Assembly (NCBI RefSeq): GCF_963921235.1
Contig: NW_026948140.1
Span: 558,001-622,000 of the forward strand
Direction: 5' to 3'
From: Mobula hypostoma
Lineage: Eukaryota
DNA length: 64,000 nt
Numbering within the stretch: position 1 is the stretch's first letter; each line of letters opens with the position of its first letter. The position numbers and the translations under genes are program-made. A model generated the notes under the pieces. It ran no database searches, had not been told where the DNA came from, and was given only the letters and a program-made list of their open reading frames with translations. Below, one piece after another: positions 1 through 12,515 of the stretch.

Positions 1-45
1 ACAATGAAAGAGGACTGCGTGTCCTCATAATCTAATCTAATCTAA

Positions 46-1440
46 TCTTATCAAATGCCTTGCTGAAATCCATATACACTACATTTATTGCTCTACCTTC
101 ATCAACGTGTTTAGTCACATCCTCAAAAATTTCGGTCAGGCTTGTAAGGCACAACCTGCCTTTGATAAAGCCATGCTGACTATTCCTAGTTATATTATGC
201 CTCTCCAGATGTCATAAATCCCGCCTCTCAGGATCTTCTCCATCAATTTATCAACCACTGAAGTAAGACTCACTGGTCTATAATTTCCTGGGCTGTCTCT
301 ACTCCCTTTCTTGAATAGGGAAACAACATCTGCAACCCTCCAATCCTCCGGAACCTCTCCCATCCCCATTGATGATGCAAAGATCATTGCCAAAGGCTCA
401 GCAATCTCTCCCCTCGCCTCCTACAGTAGCCTGGGGTACATCTCATCCAGTTCTGGAGACTTATCCAACTTAATGCTTTCCAAAAGCTCTCGCACATCCT
501 CTTTCTTAATGTCTATATGCTCAAGCCTTTCAATCGGCTGTAAGGGTCATCCCTGCAATCACCAAGATTCTTTTCCGTAGTGAATACTGAAGCAGAGTAT
601 TCATTAAGTACCTCTGCTATCTCCTCCGGTTCCATACACAGTTTTCCACTGTCACACTTAATTGGGTCCATTCTCTTGCGTCTTATCCTCTTGCTCTTCA
701 CATACTTATAGAATGCCTTGCGGTTTTTCTTAATCCTGCTCGCCAAGACCTTTTCATGGCTCCTTTTGGCTCTCCTAATTTCATTCTTAAGCTCCTTCCT
801 GCTAGCCTTATAATCTTCTAGATCTCTATCATTACCTATTTTTTCAAACATTTTGTAAGCTTTTCTTTTCTTTTTGACTCAATTTTCAACAGCCTTTGTA
901 CACCTCGGTTCCTGTACCCTACCATCCTTTCCCTGTCTCATTGGAAATTACCTATGGAGAACACCACACAAATATCCCCACATTTGCCACATTCCTGCCA
1001 TAATTTCCCTGAGAATATCTGTTCCCAATTTGTGCTTCCAAGTTCCTGCTTGATAGCTTCATATCTCACTCTCTCCAATTAAACGCTTTCCAAACTTGTC
1101 TGTTCCTACCTCTCTCCAAATCTATGGTAAAGGAGATAGAATTGTGATCACCATCTCCCAAATGCTCTCCCACTGAGAGACCTGACACCTGACAAGGTTC
1201 ATTTCCCAATACCAGATCAAGTACAGCCTCTCCTCTTGTAGGCTTATCTACATATTGTCAGGAAACCTTCCTGGACACACCTAACAAACTCCATGCCATC
1301 TAAACCCCTCGCTCTAGGGAGATGCCAATCAATATTTGGGAAGTTAAAATCTCTCACAACCAACATGCTATTATTATACCTTTCCAGAATCTGTCTCCCT
1401 ATCTGCTCCTCGATGTCCCTGTTACTCTTGGGTGGTCCTT
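46..1440 (-). mobile_element. CR1 LINE ORF2 fragment (endonuclease to start of RT), degenerate
   Basis: ORFs 190-393 (PEDWRVADVVSLFKKGSRDSPGNYRPVSLTSVV) and 513-851 (FYKYVKSK...EIAEVLNEYSASVFT) are CR1 ORF2 motifs. GDFNFPNIDW-like endonuclease coding lies near 1320-1360. Confidence 0.9.
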
Positions 1441-1700
1441 CCCGTTACAGCAATGCCCTTGAATGGAAAATCTTACAAAAAGGAGTGGATATGGTCCAGT
1501 CCATCACGGGTAAAGCCCTCAGCGCCACTGGTCACATCTACATGAAGCATTGCTACAGGAATACAGCAACGATCATCTGGGATGCCTGCCACCCAGGGCA
1601 TGCTCTTTTCTCACTACTGCCATCAGAAGGTTCAGGAGCCTCAGGACTCACATTACCAGGGCCAGCAACAGTTATTATCCCCCAAACCTCATACTCTTGA
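1441..1700 (+). mobile_element. Rex1/Babar-type LINE 3' coding fragment
   Basis: LQKGVDMVQSITG...HPGHALFSLLPS then RRFRSLRTH..NSYYP across frames, a typical C-terminus of this LINE group. Confidence 0.65.
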
Positions 1701-2129
1701 GCCAAAGAAGATCCAGAGATGAGGGTAGTGGGAAGGAGGAGATCCAGAGACAAGGATAGGGGCAAGGTGGAGATCCAGAATTGCGAGTAGGGGGAAGGAT
1801 ATCCAGGGTCGAGGGTAGAGGGAGATCCAAAGATGACAGTAGAGGGGAGGGAATGGGGAAGGAGCTCCAGAGACTACGGGAAGGAGGCAACCCACTGGCA
1901 GGGGAGGGAGAGCAATAGGAGACCTGGAGAGATGAATGCGTGGGGAAGAGGGTGACCCAGAGATGGGGTAAGGGTGGTGGTAAGCAGAGGAGGTGGAAAG
2001 GGGCGACATAGAAATGGGCTGAGGGAGATGGGGCAGGGGTAACCCAGAGACGGGGTGGGGGGTAATTGAGGATATAGAAGGGGGCAAGGTTGACCTGGTG
2101 ATGGAAGCTGTGAAGCTGAGGGAAGTGGG

Positions 2130-3142
2130 TGACCTGATTGAATTTTTTGAGGATGTGACTAAACACATTGATAAAGGTAGAGCAGTAGATGTAATGTATA
2201 TGGATTTCAGCCATGCAAGGCTTATTGAGAAAGTAAGGAAGCATGGTATCCAAGGGGACATTGTTTTGTGGATCCAGAACTGGCTTGCCCACAGAAGGCA
2301 AAGAGTGGTTGTAGACAGGTCATATTCTGCATGGAAGTCAGTGACCAGTGGTCTGCCTCAGGATTCTGTTCTGGGACCCCTACTCTTTGTGATTTTTATA
2401 AATGACCTGGATGAAGAAGTGGAGGGATGGGTTAGTAAATTTGCTGATGACACAAAGGTTGGAGGTGTTGATGGTAGTGTGGAGGACTGTCAGAGGTTAC
2501 AGCTGGACATTGATAGGATGCAAAACTGGGTAGAGAAATGGTAGATTGAGTTCAACCCAGTTAAGTGTGAGGCGGTCAAATGGGATGGCAGAATATAGTA
2601 TTAATAGTAAGACTCTTGGCAGTGTGGAAGATCGGAGGAATCTTGGGGTCCGAGTCCATAAGACAGTCAAAGCTGCTGCCCTGGTCAGACCCAACTTGGA
2701 GTACTGTGCTCAGTTCTGATCACCTCACTACAGGAAGGATGTGGAAACCATAGAGTGAACTCCACCTTTCTTCCTTGGAGCGACAGAGGATGAGAGGTCA
2801 TTTGATAAAGATGTATAAGATGATGAGAGGCATTGATCACGTGGATAGTCAGAGGTTTTTTCCCAGGGCTGAAAAGGCTAGCACGAGAGGGCACAGTTTT
2901 AAGGTGCTTGGAAGTGGGTACAGAGGGGGCCGTCAGGGGTAAGTTTTTTACGCAGAGTGGTGAGTATGTGGAATGGGCTGCCAGCCACAGTGGTGGAGGC
3001 GGATACAATAGGATCTTTTAAGAGACTCTTGAACAGTTATACGGAGCTCAGAAAAATAGGGGGCTAATTTCTCAGGTAAGGACGTGTTTGGCACACCTTT
3101 GTGGGCCGAAGGGCCTGTATTGTGCTGTAGGTTTTCTATGTT
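2130..3142 (+). mobile_element. CR1 LINE 3' part (RT to tail), 5'-truncated
   Basis: YMDFS, PQDSVLGPLLF and KFADDTK motifs. Ends in the CR1 tail gggccgaagggcctgtattgtgctgtaggttttctatg. Confidence 0.92.
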
Positions 3143-3899
3143 AAAGCTGGAGGGGGTGGGGAGAGAAAGTGTGAGACCCAAACTGAGCAGGGGAATGAGT
3201 CACCCAATAGATAGGGGAGGGCAGAAGGGAGTGATATAGTGAAGGAGGAAGTGGGTAAAGAGGCGACAGACATTGGGAGAATGGGAGCAGCCCAGAGATG
3301 ATGGTTGAGGGAGGCATCCCAGAGACATGTTTGAGAAAACTGAGCAACCCAGACAAGGGACAGAGGAGAGGGGTGTGAAACCACCTAGAGACTGTTGAGA
3401 GGGGAGACCCAGAGAAGGGGGCAATCGTGAGATGGGGAGAGCAGATGGGGATTAGGGGAGGCGTGGGGAATAGCAAGACCTAGTGTGAATGATGAAGGGT
3501 CTCGACCTGTAATGTCAACAATTTATTCTGAAGAAGTGGTGTCAAGATGCATAATTTCAATTCATCAATACCCATAATAATTTGACAATTCTGAGCAGAA
3601 GTTTCAGAGAAATTCAGAGACAAGGTTGGACTGTTGCCCTTGTGCACAAGTTAATTAAGTTTGAAGGAAGAATGAGTGTAACTTATCAGAGACTAGTTGA
3701 TCAGTGACGTCACTTCATCCAGAGAGTGGTGACCATTCAGAAATCATCACAATAGGGAAAGTTGGAGATGAACAGCAAGGATGAATTTAAAGGAAGCTGA
3801 GTGAACAGGGATAGAGAAAAGAAGGGACCAGAGGGCAAGAATGGCCACTCTACAGTACAATGAATGTGTGCACAGGCAGCAAGGACAAGGGACACAAGA

Positions 3900-4710
3900 T
3901 TTAAAATAGAACTGATTTATTTATGACATGTCTACAGTATTTAACAACAACCCAATTAAAAGCTAATGTCATCAAAACGAACCCCTCCTGTGTCAAGTGA
4001 CCAGGGTTCAGCTCCAGGTGTGATGATCAGCAGAAATAACTGCATAATCCGACACCAACATTCACTGTTAAATTTTCAACTGGGCTCACCAAATGTGATG
4101 TTAAAAAATTCAACATAGAGTTATTTAAACTACCTCCCCTGTGTGAACATTGGTAAACCACTTTGCAGCCTCAGTGTGAAATCACTATTGCCTCACAAGT
4201 TGGGATAACTGAATGAATCCTTTTCCAGTCTGAGCAGATAAATGGCCTTTTTAGTGCAAACTAGAAAACTTCATTTTAGACACAAAACAAATGAACAATT
4301 CAAGCTGGGATGAGATATGCCTTATTTTCCAAGGCAACAACTGATATATACTGCTGTTATGCACACTTCAAGCAGTTGAGCGTCTGATCTCTAGTGATGA
4401 TATGTTGGAATATTCTCAGGACCTAGTGTTCACTTCTTCAATAACTTGAAGATAATTTACAAGGTTTAGCTACAGGTTGCTTCATCCAAATCTGACAGGT
4501 GGCCGGGTTCTCCTTACTATGACTGGTGTGGTATCTATCTAGAATGCTATTTAATATCTGCAATGGCACATTCAAAGATCAATGGTATTCAAGTGCTCAT
4601 GATCTGACATTCACAGAACTCATGAGTTGTATTTGATATTGCTGTACACAAATCCTTTGCCTTTTCTGTCCTGTAAAAGTTTTCAAAAGACATCAATGGG
4701 TGAAAGGCTA
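3900..4710 (-). pseudogene. Decayed paralog of the zinc-finger gene terminal exon
   Basis: Shares the polyA region (tttaaaatagaactgatttattt, ~3900 vs ~5966), an internal block (agctgggatgagata, ~4303 vs ~7519) and the acceptor region (ctgtaaaa...catcaatgggtgaa, 4671 vs 7681) with 5966-7720. One relict finger lies at ~4200-4260. Confidence 0.7.
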
Positions 4711-4714
4711 TAAA

Positions 4715-4832
4715 TACCACTGGACTGGACATGCCCAGGCATCATCCCTGAAGAAGATGGGAGAGTTTGTCATTGAAACATCGTTATAATTCACAACTGT
4801 GCCCAGCTGGAAGCCAGAGAAGAGTTTATTTA
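4715..4832 (+). mobile_element. Penelope-type 3' tail with degenerate hammerhead ribozyme motif
   Basis: ccCTGAAGAagatgg...cattGAAAcatcg core followed by a PLE-like tail. Confidence 0.5.
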
Positions 4833-4880
4833 TCCAACTAATGGTTCCCTATTCTGCTTTCAGATTTTAGAGGACAGTGG

Positions 4881-5473
4881 TGTAACGCACTGTAATGTTT
4901 CACTGCTAAGGCGAATGAAGTGGCTTCTCTGTAATGTTCACTGCTGAGGTAATGGTTTCTCTATAGCAGTAATGTTTGGGTTATGGCTGGAGATAACAGA
5001 CTGTGGCATGCATGTTAGCCAATCAGGATTTTGTTGCTCTGTCTTGTGAATCTGGAAGTAGATTTTTTGCTGGCTTTTGCTGGGGAAAGATGAGGAGAGA
5101 AGACGCCAATGAAGAGACAGGGTGGACTCGGAGCGAGGCTCCGAAGGGCAGCGATGATCCGAGGTCGATGGTGAACGATTGACTTATCAGTGAGCTCCAA
5201 CTTTGCGCAACAGACTGCTTAATAAGATTGGGCCCTTTTTTCCTTTTATTTCAAAAAAAACTTCAAAAAAAAATTCTTTTCTCTACTAACCATAAAGTCA
5301 AAGTAAGAATTATAAAGTTTAATTGCATATTGTGTACTGTTTGTTATTTCAGGGTACTGATTTGTAACAGGGGACACATCTCGCAGCATCCACCCAAACA
5401 AGATTTCTTAAGTTTGGCCGGGCCGGGGGCTATCACCCTATTTATTAAGCCGTTACCCGAAGCCAGAGTTACA
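4881..5473. mobile_element. Solo LTR with 4-bp target-site duplication
   Basis: TGTAAC...GTTACA inverted termini. GTGG lies at both 4877-4880 and 5474-5477. A related LTR is at 27511-28038. Confidence 0.88.
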
Positions 5474-6183
5474 GTGGTATATTCTAACAAGCCAGTTGTG
5501 TGAGACACAGCGCTTTAAAAGCAGTGAGAATGACCTATAACGTTGAAAGGAGCAGGAATAAGGAGATTAACTACCAATGTCCTTCTTTCTCAGCCCAGAA
5601 ATTTGAGGCACAAAGAAAACATTACACATAACTGCAATCATCTCATCTTGTGAGGCTAAGGAGAAGGAAAAAGGATCAGCCATGATTGAACAGCGAAGCA
5701 GACTCAATGGGCTAAATGGCCTAATTCTGCTCCTTTGTCTTATGGTCTTCTTCAGCCTGCAGAAAGTCATGCAAGAAATTCAAGGGAAACCTATTCACCC
5801 ACAGAGAGGTGACTGTTTGGATCCCATCACACAGGAAGATCAAGCAGTGAACAGCACGGATGGATTCAAAAGGACTGTTTTGGAATAGAAATACTGGTAG
5901 GCACCAGCTGGGCTGAGTTGACTTCACTGGGTGTGTTGTAAATTCACTAAGTACCTGAGACATCGTTTAAAATAGAACTGATTTATTTGACACAGATCCT
6001 AAATATTAAACTCCTGTGCCACTAAAGGTGAATATCAGCAGAAGAAGCTCCTCCCATGCCCAGGGTCAGAAATGGTTGAGATAAGCAGCAGCAATAATTG
6101 CAGAGCTCAACACCAACAGCCACTTTTGAACTTGCCTCTGCTTTCAGCAACCGCAATGGTGAAATATCCAGCGTGCCACTTAT

Positions 6184-6927
6184 TTAAACTTTTTCCCTAG
6201 TGTGAGTTCGCCGATGCGTCACAAGGTTGGATGACTGAGTAAACGCTTTCCCACATTCAGAGCATGTGAACGGCCTCTCCCCAGTGTGAACTCGCTGATG
6301 TAACTTCAGTTCAGATGACCGAGGAAATCCCTTCCCACAGTCAGAGCAGGTAAATGGCATTTCGCCAGTGTGAACTGACTGGTGTGCCAGTAGCTGAGAT
6401 GACCGAGTGAATCCCTTCCCACAGTCTGAGCAGGTGAATGGCCTCTCTTCAGTGTGAACCGACTGGTGTGTCTGTAGGTGGGATGACTGAGTGAATCCCT
6501 TCCCACATTCAGAGCAGATGTACGGCCTCTTCCCAGTGTGAACGGACTGGTGTGTCTGAAGGTTGCTTAACTGAGTGAATCCCTTCCCACACACAGAACA
6601 GGTGAATGGCCTCTCTCCTGTGTGAACTCGCTGGTGTCTCTGTAGGTTTGATGACCGAGCAAATGCCTTTCCACAGTCTGAGCAGGTGAATGGCCTCTCC
6701 CCAGTGTGAATTCGCCGGTGTATCATTAAGTGACATAAATGAGTGAATCCCTTCCCACAATCTGAGCAGGTGAACGGCATCTCCCCAGTGTGAACTGACT
6801 GGTATGCCATTAGGTCAGATGATCGAAGCAATCCCTTCCCACTGTCTGAGCTGGTGAACAGCCTCTCTCCAGTGAAACTAACTGATGTGCATGTACGTGG
6901 GATGACCAAGTGAATCCCTTCCCACAT
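6184..6927 (-). CDS. C2H2 zinc-finger protein (7 intact tandem fingers, TGERPF linkers, no KRAB seen)
   Basis: Repeated CxxC-GKGF-x5-L-xxH-xxx-H units. AATAAA on the minus strand at ~5982-5987. The true start is uncertain because the N-terminal MWEGIH is an out-of-frame finger. Confidence 0.85.
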   Translation of the reverse strand: MWEGIHLVIPRTCTSVSFTGERLFTSSDSGKGLLRSSDLMAYQSVHTGEMPFTCSDCGKGFTHLCHLMIHRRIHTGERPFTCSDCGKAFARSSNLQRHQRVHTGERPFTCSVCGKGFTQLSNLQTHQSVHTGKRPYICSECGKGFTQSSHLQTHQSVHTEERPFTCSDCGKGFTRSSQLLAHQSVHTGEMPFTCSDCGKGFPRSSELKLHQRVHTGERPFTCSECGKAFTQSSNLVTHRRTHTREKV

Positions 6928-7480
6928 TCAGAGCAGATCTATGGCCTCTTCCCAGTGCGTCAGCCGATCAGATGACTGAGTGCATCTCCTCCCATACATG
7001 GAACAGTTAACGCTCTCCCCCATAACAAATCACTGGTGTGTCTATAGGTGGGATGAGCGAGTGAATCTCTTCCCACATACAGAGCAAATGAACAGCCTCT
7101 CACTGCTGTGAATTTTCTAATGTATTTTAAGCTTGAATAACAGAACGAATCACTTCCTGCAGTGAGAGCAAGTGAACTTTTTCACAATGGTGTGAACTTG
7201 CTGATGTATCTTCAGGCTGGATGACTGCGTAGATGCCCTCCCATGCACAGAACAGGTAAATGGCCTCTACCCATTCTGAACTCACTGGTGCAGGTCAGCA
7301 TTACTGCACTGAGACCAGGTGAATGACACCTCCCCGCTATCAATTCCTTGGCAATTCATCAAGTCAGACATCAGACATAGTGAATCCCTCACACAATCAA
7401 TGCAGTTGAAGAACTGATCTCCAGTGAACAAATGCTGGTCTGTTCTCAGCACCTCCGTTCCAATGGAATTCACTGAGTTA
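6928..7480 (-). pseudogene. Degenerate upstream zinc fingers of the same exon
   Basis: Finger-like sequence (FTCSVHGRASTQSSSLKIHQQVHT..FTCSHCRK*) with stops and frameshifts. Confidence 0.75.
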
Positions 7481-7879
7481 CAACAGAAAACTTCATTTCA
7501 GATACAAAGCATGTTTCCAGCTGGGATGAGATACTTCTTTATCTCCGAGGATCAACAACAGATATAGTGGTATTACAAAGGAGACATCTGGTCACTCCTT
7601 AAATATCTGGACAGGGGCAGCAAAATTAACTTCTTGTTGTGTTTGAGATTCCAGTACACGAATTCTTTGCTGTTTCTAACCTGTAAAAAGATTTACAAAA
7701 GTCATCAATGGGTGAAGGACAATAGTTCATATGAGGTAATTTTAGTCTCTATGGTAAGCTCTGATTTGACATTATTACAGCAAGGTTCAACCCAAGTTGG
7801 AGAAACTTATCTTCTAACTGGACACAGTGCAGGCACCCAGACTGATTTCAAGTTCTCTGTTTTTGTCTGTATCACAATT

Positions 7880-8390
7880 CTGCCCACCTTCAATAGGCCC
7901 GTCCTCGACTATCGTGATGAGGCCATGCTCATGTTGGAGGAACACCTTATATTCCGTCTGGGTAGCCTCAACCCTGATGACATGAAAATTGATTTCTCGA
8001 ACTTTTGGTAATGGCCCCATTCCCCCACCCTCTCCTTGACCAGTTCCCATCCTTTTTTCACTCTTATCTCCTTGCCTGCCCATCACCTCCCTCTGGTGCT
8101 CCTCCCCCTTTTCTTTCTTCATGGCCTTCTATCCCTACTTATCAGACTCCCCCTTCTCCAGTCTGTATCTCTTTCACCAATCAACTTCCCAGCTATTTAC
8201 TTCATCCCTCCTCCTCCCGGTTTCACCTATCACCTTGTTTTTCTCTCTGCCCTCCCCAACCTTTTAAATCTACTCTCTTTTTTTCCTCCAGTCCTGCCGA
8301 AGAGTCTCCGCCCAAAACATCGACTGTACTTTTTTCCACAGATGTTGCCTCTTCTGCTGAGTTCCTCCAGTATTTTGCGTGTGTTACATA
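7880..8390 (+). mobile_element. PLE-A 3' fragment (GIY-YIG end, pyrimidine-rich UTR, degenerate HHR)
   Basis: LEEHLIFRLGSLNPDDMKIDFSNF. HHR-like gtcctgccgaagagtctccgcccaaaacatcgac at ~8291. Confidence 0.8.
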
Positions 8391-8527
8391 AAGGGGGGGG
8401 GGCACTAGTTTTTCTCATTGGAGTGTGGCAATTTTGTGATGTGAGAGCTATAGGTCACTTGTTACCCTGGTCAACGGACACAACCAGTTCCCCCACATCA
8501 CTAGTTTCCTCTGTCTGGCAGAACTGA

Positions 8528-10035
8528 TCCTCGTATGGGTCCCAGCTATGCCCGCCTTTTTGTTGGATACATGGAACAATTCATGTTTCAAGCCTACACC
8601 AGCATCGCTTCACAACTCTTCCTACACTGCATTGTCATAGTCATACTTTATTGTTGCTGCTTCTTACACACATGCTCAGCTTGTCAATTTCATTAACTTT
8701 GCCTCCAACTTCCACCTTACCCTCAAATTTACTTGGTCCATTTCTGACACCTCTCTCCCCTTTCTCGATTTCTATGTCTCCATCTCTGGGGCCAATTTAT
8801 CTGATATCTTTTATAAACCCACTGACTCTCAAAAATATCTTAACACCCTGTCACTTGTAAAAATGCCATTCCCTTTTCCAGTTTGTCTATCTCTGGCAGA
8901 CCTGCTCACTGGATGAGGCTTTTCATTCCGAAACAACTGAAACGTCATCCTACTTCAAAGAAATGGGCTTCCCTTCCTCCATCATCAACACTGCCCTTAC
9001 CCGCATCTCTTCCTTTCCGTGCACATCTGCCCTCATCCAATCTTCCTGCTGCCACGCCAGGGACCGAGTTTCTTTTGTCCTGACCTACCACTCCACAAGC
9101 CTCTGCTTCCAGCACATAAATCGCCATAACCTCTGCCATCTCCAACCGGATCCCACTACAAAGCACATCTTTCCCTTCCACCGATTCCCCACAGCCATCG
9201 CACCCTGAGCAAAACCCTTGTCCAATCATCCCTCCCCACTGATCTCCCTTCTGGCACTTATCCTTGCAAGCGGAACACGTGCCACACCTGTCTCTATACC
9301 TCCTCCCTTACTATCATTCGGGAGACCAAACAGTTCTTTCAGGTGAAGCGACACTTTACCTGTGAACCTGTTTGGGTCATCTACTGTACCCAGTGCTCCC
9401 GATGTGGCACCCTCTTTATCAGTGAGACCTCACATAGACTGAAAGACCACTTCATCAAGCACTGTTACTTTGTCTGCCTCAAAAGGCAGTATTTCCCAGT
9501 GGCCACCTATTTCAATTCTACTTCCCATTCTGACATGTCAGTCCACGGCCCTCTCTACTGTCACAATGAGCATACACTTAGGTTGGAAGAACAACACCTT
9601 ATGTTCCATCTGGATAGCCTCCAAACCGATGGCACGAACATGGATTTCTTTAACTTCCAGAAACAACCCCCTCCTTCATCATTCCCCATTCTTGTTTCCC
9701 TCTCATACCTTCTCTTCTTACCTGCCCATCACCTCCCTCTGGTGCTCCCTCCCCTTCCTTTTCTTCCATGATCTCTGTCCTCTCCTATCAGGTATTCCTT
9801 TCTCCAGCCCTTCCTCTTTCACCAATCATATTTCCAGTTCTTTACTTCACGACTCCTCCTCTCCCGTTTCACTTTTCACCTGCCACCTTGTACTTCTTCC
9901 TCTCCTCCCCCAACTTTTTATTCTGACTCCCCCCCCCCACCTTTCCAGTCCTGATGAAGGTCTCGAACGAAAACATCCACTATTTACTCTTTTCCATAGA
10001 TGCCGAGCTCCTCCAGCATTTTGTGTGTATTGTTT
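8528..10035 (+). mobile_element. PLE-A (Neptune-like Penelope) degenerate copy, RT end to tail
   Basis: MGPSYA-like RT block, RDRVSFVLTYH, WVIYCTQCSRCGTLFISET GIY-YIG. HHR core cagtcctgatgaagg at ~9946. Confidence 0.85.
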
Positions 10036-10224
10036 GACATTTTCATTGACTGGAAGGTAGACTCTTCATTCACGATTAACTCAGAACTGTAATTTTGTTC
10101 CGAGTTCTTAATCCTTGGATTTAGATAGCTGGAGCTCGGCAAAGTTTGGCACATCCATTCCCTCCATCTGCGCTTCCAAACAAGCTGTACAGATTGGCGT
10201 GCTGGGTAAAGGGACGAAATGTCA

Positions 10225-10560
10225 CCCATGGCCGCCTCAAAACCCAGAAAACTACCATTTATCCGTCATGGACCCAGTGATGCGCATGCGCCGACAAATG
10301 ACGCCAACACCTTTGCTCATCAGCAGAAAGCTCTCCGAGGGCCGAGTCGGATCGTAGGGCTGAGAGAGAAGGAAAAAAATCGGGACTGTCCCGGTTTTGC
10401 GGGGCCATAGTATTGCGGTGCGGACGCAGACGAAACCCTTCCCTTCCCGGAACCCACACCCACCTGCTACCGACCATCCAGAGCCTTTCGTCCACTAAGC
10501 GCATGCGCGATTTCCAAAATTATCTCCGACCTTTACGCCTGCGCGTTTGACCGCTGGGTC
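10225..10560 (-). promoter_or_regulatory. CpG-rich promoter / first exon, probably of the zinc-finger gene
   Basis: Local CpG enrichment. NRF1-type palindromes TGCGCATGCGC (10281-10291) and GCGCATGCGC (10499-10508). Minus-strand donor CAG|GTGGGT at 10464/10463 and candidate acceptor ttttacAG| at 7681/7680. Confidence 0.6.
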
Positions 10561-10599
10561 GTTAACATTGCTGCAGCAGCAGGTTAATGCAATACATAA

Positions 10600-10797
10600 A
10601 TAAATATAGAAAAACTGAATTACAATAAATATGTGTGTGTTTGTGTATGTGTTTTAAATACATAAATTAAGAACTAGGGCAACAACAGATTTTTTTTAAA
10701 TAGGTAGTGTTCATAGGTTCAATGTCCATTTAGAAATCGGATGGCAGAGGGGAAGAAGCTGTTGTTGAATCGCTGAGTGTGTGCCTTCAGGCTTCCA
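10600..10797 (-). mobile_element. Rex1/Babar-type LINE 3' end
   Basis: Reverse strand reads SLKAHTQRFNNSFFPSAIRFLNG followed by an AT-rich tail. Confidence 0.6.
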
Positions 10798-10842
10798 GAC
10801 ATGTCACCCAGCAAAAACTCATTTCAGGGAGGTCTCAACCGG

Positions 10843-12515
10843 AAACACAAAATACTCTGCAGATGCTGGGGGCAAAGCAACACTCACAACACGCTGGAGG
10901 AACTCAGCAGGTCGGGCAGCATCCATCGAAAAGATTGGTCGACGTTTCGGGCTGGAACCCTTCGTCAGGACTGTAGGGGGAAGGGGCAAAGGCCCTATAA
11001 AGAAGGTGGAAGGAGGATGGGAAAGAGAAGACTGGCAGGTGCTAGGTGAAAAACCAGTAAGGGGAAAGATAAAGGGGTGGGAGAGGGGAGGCAGGGAGGT
11101 GATAGGCAGGAAAGGTGAAGAAAGAATAGGGGAAAACACAATGGGAAGTAGAAGGAGGCAGAACCATGAGGGAGGTGATAGGCAGCTGGGGGAGGGGGCA
11201 GAGTGACATAGGGATAGGGGAAGGGAGGGGGAGGGAATTACCAGAAGTTGGAGAATTCTGTGTTCATGCCAAGTGGCTGGAGACTACCTAGACGGTATAT
11301 GAGGTGTTGCTCCTCCAACCTGAGTTTAGCCTCATCATGGCAGTAGAGGAGGCCATATATGGATATAACTGAATGGGAGTGGGACAGCAGAGTTGAAGTA
11401 GGTGGCTACTGGGAGATCCTGTCTGTTGCTGCGGACGCATCTTTCCCTCTCCGCTTTCCACAGGGATCAGTCCCTCTGCGACTCCCTGATCCACACGTCC
11501 CTCCCCACGGATCTCCCACCCAGCACTTATCCCTGTAAGCACGAGTGCTACACCTGCCCCTATACCTCCTCTCTTACCACCATTCAGGGCTCCAAACAGT
11601 CCTTCCAGGTGATGGCAACACTTCACTTGTGAGTCTGTTGGGGTCATCTATTGCATCCGGTGCTCCCGGTGCGGCCTCCTCTACATCGGTGAAACCTGAC
11701 GCAGATTGGGGGACCGCTTCGTCGAGCACCTCCGCTCCGTCTGCCACAACAGACAGGATCTCCCAGTAGCCACCCACTTCAACTCTGCTTCCCACTCTCA
11801 TTCAGATATGTCCATACATGGCCTCCTCTCCCGATGTGGCCTTCCATATATTGGCGAGACTGAACACCTACGCTCTGTCCGCCAGAGTAAGCAGGATCTC
11901 CCAGTAGCCACACATTTTAATTCCACGTCCCATTCCCATTCTGATATGTCTATCCATGGCCTTCTCTACTGTAAAGATGAAGCCACACTCAGGTTGGAGG
12001 AACACCACCTTATATTCCGTCTGGATAGCCTCCAACCTGATGGCATGAACATTGACTTCTCTAACTTGCGCTAATGCCCCACCTCCCCCTCGTACCCCAT
12101 CTGTTATTTATTTATATACACACATTCTTTTTCTCTCCCTCCTTTTTCTCCCTCTGTCCCTCTCACTATACCCCTTGCCCATCCTCTGGGCTTTTGCCCC
12201 TCTCCCCCTTTTCTTTTTCGCTAGGCCTCCTGTCCCATGATCCTCTCATATCCCTTTTGCCAATCAACTGTCCAGCTCTTAGCTCCATCCCTCCCCCTCC
12301 TGTCTTCTCCTATCATTTTGGATCTCCCCCTCCTCCTCCGACTTTCAAATCTCTTATTAGCTCTTCTTTCAGTTAGTCCTGACGAAGGGTCTCGGCCGGA
12401 AAAGTCGACTGTACCTCTTCCTAGAGATGCTGCCTGGCCTGCTGCGTTCACCAGCAACTTTTATGTGTGTTGCTTGAAATTCCAGCATCTGCAGATTTCC
12501 TCGTGTTTGCGTTTT
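10843..12515. mobile_element. PLE-A composite with inverted 3' segments (minus tail 10843-11435, plus pieces 11436-12515)
   Basis: GIY-YIG pieces (LPVATHFNS..HSDMSIHGLL..LEEHHLIFRL) in both orientations. HHRs at ~10938-10973 (-) and ~12375-12411 (+). Confidence 0.85.

Noticed and set aside
1675..2301. 208-aa and 190-aa Pro/Leu/Ser-rich ORFs, and similar ones at 3136-3476
   Set aside because: Products of purine/pyrimidine-skewed low-complexity DNA plus antisense CR1.
6306..6760. Alternative-frame ORFs overlapping the zinc-finger array
   Set aside because: Standard shadow frames of tandem C2H2 repeats.
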